A stretch of 40,555 nt of DNA, taken from positions 1 through 40,555 of the forward strand of contig JBDRPD010000094.1 of the NCBI GenBank assembly GCA_043827405.1, written 5' to 3'. Both the position numbers and the translations under genes were made by a program. A model generated the notes under the pieces. That model ran no database searches, had not been told where the DNA came from, and saw nothing but the letters and a program-made list of their open reading frames with translations. The DNA is from Elusimicrobiota bacterium (GTDB taxonomy: Bacteria > Elusimicrobiota > Elusimicrobia > UBA1565). This document shows, piece by piece, positions 36,886 through 40,555 of the stretch (its first letter is position 1; each line of letters starts with the position of its first letter).

Positions 36886-37647
36886 ATGCAAATAACACGA
36901 TATTTCGGTTGGCTCTTGATCCCGGCGCTGGCGGTTTCCAGCCTCGCCGCGCAGACGGATGAGGAGGCGCTGCTCCATACGGGGCAGATACCTCCGCTCG
37001 ACATGGTGCACAGTCTCGACCAAGCGAAGACTTTGAGCTCGTATCTCCCCCGCTGCAAAGGCTCCGCGATGCGCCCGCCGTACGTCTACACGACGGAATA
37101 CCAGCTGTCGAAAAAGGACAACAAGGAAATCGGCCGGATCCTGGCTGCGCTCAATAAATTCGCGGACGTGAGCAAAGCGCGGGCGGCGGGCTACCTTCTC
37201 GGAACGGACTTCGAAAACGGAATGGGCATCCCCTTCCTGAACCAGGAACGCATCATCCGGGGCGAAGTGGACTGGACCCGGCCGACCATCCTGTACTACA
37301 TAAAATCGCGCAAGGAGCCGAAGTACAGCTTAATCAGCGCCGGCTACTACGCCGCCGGCGAGAAACCCGCCGCCGGCTTCGACGCCTACCGCAAGAAGAA
37401 GACCAAGACGCCCGAGCTCCAGTGGCGGCCGTTCAACGGCGCATGCCTGCATGTCGAGGGCGGCCAAGCCGGCTACACCCTGCCGAAAGACGGCGCCGCG
37501 GGCTGCAAAGGCACCTTCCTGGAGAAGGGCTGGCTGCTGCAGTTGGGACTGCCCTTTTACAACCCCTCGGGTTTGTTCGCGCAGCAAAACCCGATCGCCG
37601 ACTACCTGGACCTGAGAGAGAGGGAATTCCGCTTCTGCTATGAGTAA
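36886..37647 (+). CDS. Hypothetical exported protein
   Basis: Start placed at MQITRYFGWLLIPALAVSSLAA (signal peptide); the upstream part of the 36556 ORF overlaps another gene, the repeats and the promoter. Confidence 0.8.
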   Translation: MQITRYFGWLLIPALAVSSLAAQTDEEALLHTGQIPPLDMVHSLDQAKTLSSYLPRCKGSAMRPPYVYTTEYQLSKKDNKEIGRILAALNKFADVSKARAAGYLLGTDFENGMGIPFLNQERIIRGEVDWTRPTILYYIKSRKEPKYSLISAGYYAAGEKPAAGFDAYRKKKTKTPELQWRPFNGACLHVEGGQAGYTLPKDGAAGCKGTFLEKGWLLQLGLPFYNPSGLFAQQNPIADYLDLREREFRFCYE

Positions 37648-39274
37648 GGCGGGGGGCTTGCCCCTCTCGCTGGCGCTCGCCGTATCCTGCGGGCTGCTGT
37701 TCTGGCTCGCCATGCCTCCCTACGGCCTATGGCCGCTGTCGATTATCGGCTGCGCCCTGCTTACCGCCGCGCTGGCGCGCAGCCGCAGCGCGGCGCAGGC
37801 CGTGGTCCTGGCCGCCCTCAGCAAGGCCGCCTACATGCCGACCTCGCACAGCTACCTGGGAAGCCTCGCCCCTTCGGTGATGATCCTTTATACTGCGAAC
37901 CAAGTCCTGGTATGGGCCTTATTCGGCGCCGCCTTCCACGTGATCAGAACCCGGCGGGGAACGATCGCCGCCGTATCCACGCTGCCCTTCTTGTGGGTCC
38001 TATTCGATTGGCTGACGCTGCGCCTGCACTTCCTGCCTTCCGAGCTCGTCAACTGGGGCGGCGTATTCGGCCATACGCCGCTGCGGCAGCTGGCGCCCTG
38101 CGTCGGCGTCTACGGCGTCACTTTGCTCGCCGCCGCCGCGGGAGCGGTGCCGGTACTGGTCCATCTGATCCGCTCCAACGGCACGAAGCGCCCGCGAACG
38201 GCATTGCGCCCGGCCGGCGCGGCCGCCGGCCTGCTCGCCCTGGCGCTGGCGGCCGGTCTGCTCGCGCTGCATACGGGCGGTAAGCCCGAGGCGGCGCCCG
38301 CCCCGCTGCGCGTGGCCACGGTCGGTCTCGACCGGACATGGGAAAAAGGCATCGCGGCCTGGGACGAGATATCGTCGCTGAACCCGAGGATTCGCGGCGT
38401 ATTTAAGGATTTCGTCCGCTTGCGGCTCGAGCGCATTGAACGGGCGATCCCCCAGCCCCCGCCGGATATCATCGTCCTGCCCGAAGACGCGATCGACGTC
38501 TTCATGCTGGGCGACCGCTCGCCGCAAGCCTTCGCGCGCTGGGGAATCGAAAACAACGGCCTCCTGATCGAGGCTTACCGCGATTTCGCCCGCCGCGCCG
38601 GAGCGGCGGTGCTGGTAGGGCTGACCACGCGCCGGCAGGGCGCGCTGCACAATACCGTGCTGCACATCGGCCGCGATGGGGCCTTGCTCAACCGCTACGA
38701 CAAGGTCCGCTTGACCGCGGGCTCGGAATACTGGCCCCTGGCGCATGTTCTGCTCCCCTACTGGAAGCTGTTTCACGCCCACCCCGACTTCGTCTTATTT
38801 GATCAGCAGTACTCCCGGGGAAGCGAGCCCGCACGTCTGCTTGAACATGGCGGCCGCTCCTTCGCCGCGCCGGTCTGCCTCGAAGCCCAAATGCCCGGCC
38901 GGGTGCTGGCATGGAGGCGCGCGGGAGCGGAGTTTCTGACCGTGCTCACGAACTCGTCCTGGTTCGGCGACCGCCCGCTGATCTACAACCGGCAGACCCT
39001 GGGCTTAAACCGTCTGCTGTCCGCCGCGTACGGCATCCCGATTTTTCTATCCGGGAAGTCGAACTACTACGGCTTCATAGACCCTGCGGGCGCCGTCTCA
39101 GTCCGTCCGGCCTTCGGCGGGAAAGAGGCCGCCGGCGTCGTCATACATGAGCTCGGAGCCGGCGCCCGCCGCACCGCCGCCGTTCGTCTCGGCGAGTTCA
39201 CCCTGCCGCTCAGCCTGCTCGGCCTGCTGCTGATCCCGCTCGCCGGCGGAGCAATCCGGCCAAGAGAGAAATAA
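37640..39274 (+). CDS. lnt: Apolipoprotein N-acyltransferase-like protein (TM domain + nitrilase domain)
   Basis: N-terminal TM helices with GVYGVTLL; catalytic triad contexts LPED, YDKVRL, VCLE; TNSSWF. Confidence 0.75.
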   Translation: MSKAGGLPLSLALAVSCGLLFWLAMPPYGLWPLSIIGCALLTAALARSRSAAQAVVLAALSKAAYMPTSHSYLGSLAPSVMILYTANQVLVWALFGAAFHVIRTRRGTIAAVSTLPFLWVLFDWLTLRLHFLPSELVNWGGVFGHTPLRQLAPCVGVYGVTLLAAAAGAVPVLVHLIRSNGTKRPRTALRPAGAAAGLLALALAAGLLALHTGGKPEAAPAPLRVATVGLDRTWEKGIAAWDEISSLNPRIRGVFKDFVRLRLERIERAIPQPPPDIIVLPEDAIDVFMLGDRSPQAFARWGIENNGLLIEAYRDFARRAGAAVLVGLTTRRQGALHNTVLHIGRDGALLNRYDKVRLTAGSEYWPLAHVLLPYWKLFHAHPDFVLFDQQYSRGSEPARLLEHGGRSFAAPVCLEAQMPGRVLAWRRAGAEFLTVLTNSSWFGDRPLIYNRQTLGLNRLLSAAYGIPIFLSGKSNYYGFIDPAGAVSVRPAFGGKEAAGVVIHELGAGARRTAAVRLGEFTLPLSLLGLLLIPLAGGAIRPREK

Positions 39275-39275
39275 T

Positions 39276-39644
39276 ATGCCCAAACTTGCCCGCCACTATT
39301 TGCTTGAGTTTGATTCCTGCGACCGCGCCGCTATCGATTCCCCGCGCGCGGCGATGCGGGCGCTGCGCGAACTGTGCCGCGAAGCCCCGCTGCACCCTTT
39401 GCGCCGGGCCTCGCATCGCTTCAAGCCGCAGGGGCTGACCGTGATCATGATACTCAGCGAGAGCCATTTGGCGTTCAGCACCTGGCCGGAGTACGGCTAC
39501 GCCACTTTGCACCTGTTTCTCTGCGGCCGCACCCCGAAGCTGAAGCAGGCGATCGCCGCCTTCGCGCGCCGCATCGGAGCGCGCAAGCGGCGGCAGCGCA
39601 ACTGGAGCTGCGCGACGGCGGCGCGCCGTCCTAAGGGGTCATAG
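39276..39644 (+). CDS. SpeD-like pyruvoyl-dependent decarboxylase proenzyme (divergent)
   Basis: HRFKPQGLT, ILSESHL cleavage motif, TWPE.GYA, FLCG; the usual HTWPE His and DxFTCG Asp are substituted. Confidence 0.8.
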   Translation: MPKLARHYLLEFDSCDRAAIDSPRAAMRALRELCREAPLHPLRRASHRFKPQGLTVIMILSESHLAFSTWPEYGYATLHLFLCGRTPKLKQAIAAFARRIGARKRRQRNWSCATAARRPKGS

Positions 39645-40555
39645 GGCAGGCGGAATGCACCCCGCGCATTAAGGGGCAGGCGGCGGACTTCTCCTGCAGT
39701 ATCGGGGTGAGCTCTTCCCGGCACAGACGTTTGACCTCGTCCCGGGTTTCAATGCACCACTCGTACTTCCCGCGGTACCTCACGCCTTCTTCGCACCAGA
39801 AAGTCTGCAGCTGCCCTTCGCACTGCACGTCGGGGTCATTGCGGCAGTCTTCGCACTTCTGCTCGTACTCGATCATCTTCTGCCGGTAAATCTCGACGTT
39901 CTCCTCGCTGACGCATTGGATCATCAGCTCCCGCGACAGCTCGTCGAGCTGCTCGATGGCGGCGAACTTGCGCGCATTGAAGCGCTCCTCCGCCTCCTCG
40001 CAGGCGACCATATCGGTTTCCAAGCGGCCCACCTCTTCCATCAGCTGCGCGTACTGGTCTCCGGTCCCGATGCTCGGCGGTCCGGCGCCGCCGCCTTCCA
40101 TCCCCAAACCGGCGACGCTGATCGGCTGGCCCCGCAAGGCTGAAGAGCCGGTACTGCGCGAATCCTCCGGCGAGCAGCCGGAACATTTGCCGGTAGGGAT
40201 CGGCGCCCCGGCCTTGCTGTAGCCCCAGCTGACGAAAAGCTGCGACAGCACGCTCGACAAGGTATGCGGCGCGGCGCCGCCGCCCGCCCCCGCGGCCCCT
40301 CGCACCTGGCCCCGCCAAGAGCGCAGATTGAGATTGACGAGCGCCCCGCTGCCGCCCGCGACTCCCCCGCCGCCGTAATTCCCCGCGGGCGCGGGGTTGT
40401 TCGTCCCGCCCGCCACCGGCGTGCCGCCGCCCACTTGGACGCCGCCGTCGGTCAACCCTCCCCCGTCGGCGTTGGCGGCGGCGGCCGCCGCGCCGGTGCC
40501 GTTGGCCGCGCCGGTACCTTTGGCCGCGCCGGTGCCGCTGGCCGCGCCGGTGCCG
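39631..40555 (-). CDS. Hypothetical Gly-rich/Cys-rich protein, 5'-truncated by the window edge
   Basis: The frame stays open to the window end; GTGAAx repeats, Gly-rich linker, 12 Cys in the C-terminal region. Confidence 0.8.
   Translation of the reverse strand, partial: GTGAASGTGAAKGTGAANGTGAAAAAANADGGGLTDGGVQVGGGTPVAGGTNNPAPAGNYGGGGVAGGSGALVNLNLRSWRGQVRGAAGAGGGAAPHTLSSVLSQLFVSWGYSKAGAPIPTGKCSGCSPEDSRSTGSSALRGQPISVAGLGMEGGGAGPPSIGTGDQYAQLMEEVGRLETDMVACEEAEERFNARKFAAIEQLDELSRELMIQCVSEENVEIYRQKMIEYEQKCEDCRNDPDVQCEGQLQTFWCEEGVRYRGKYEWCIETRDEVKRLCREELTPILQEKSAACPLMRGVHSACPMTP
40487..40555. repeat. In-frame 18-bp tandem repeat (at least 3.8 copies) encoding GTGAA(S/K/N)
   Basis: gccgcgccggtgccgttg / gccgcgccggtacctttg / gccgcgccggtgccgctg / gccgcgccggtgccg (cut by the edge). 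Confidence 0.9.

Overview
GC-rich bacterial window of about 36 real genes, with no rRNA, tRNA, CRISPR array or transposase visible. The Gly-rich/Cys-rich anchored proteins at both ends and the gene content suggest Elusimicrobiota, but this is inference only. The left two thirds is mostly metabolism and housekeeping: MFS transporter, cydAB, exported M16 peptidase, hutI-HAD-cyclodeaminase, a REC-HisKA kinase, cbpA/cbpM-like genes, and iorAB + ADP-forming acyl-CoA synthetase + MBL hydrolase + M42 aminopeptidase. The most unusual part is a tightly coupled minus-strand cluster at 26529-35903. It encodes two paralogous exported beta-propeller/c-type-heme proteins (hydrazine-synthase beta/gamma-like architecture), a DUF134 HTH protein, two exported non-catalytic FGE-fold proteins, an FkbO/Hyg5-family chorismatase and a DAHP synthase. 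An identical 19-bp promoter/operator (TATAAT fused to the perfect palindrome TGTGCATATGCACA) precedes both this operon and the divergent CGGC-NifB/NifX operon, pointing to a DUF134 regulon. Other unexplained non-coding structure includes a duplicated 83-bp LysR-type promoter, two promoters preceded by triple direct repeats with the same 14/17-bp periodicity, a strong promoter followed at once by an intrinsic terminator, and several probable leaderless genes. Family assignments come from motif recognition by eye, not database searches.
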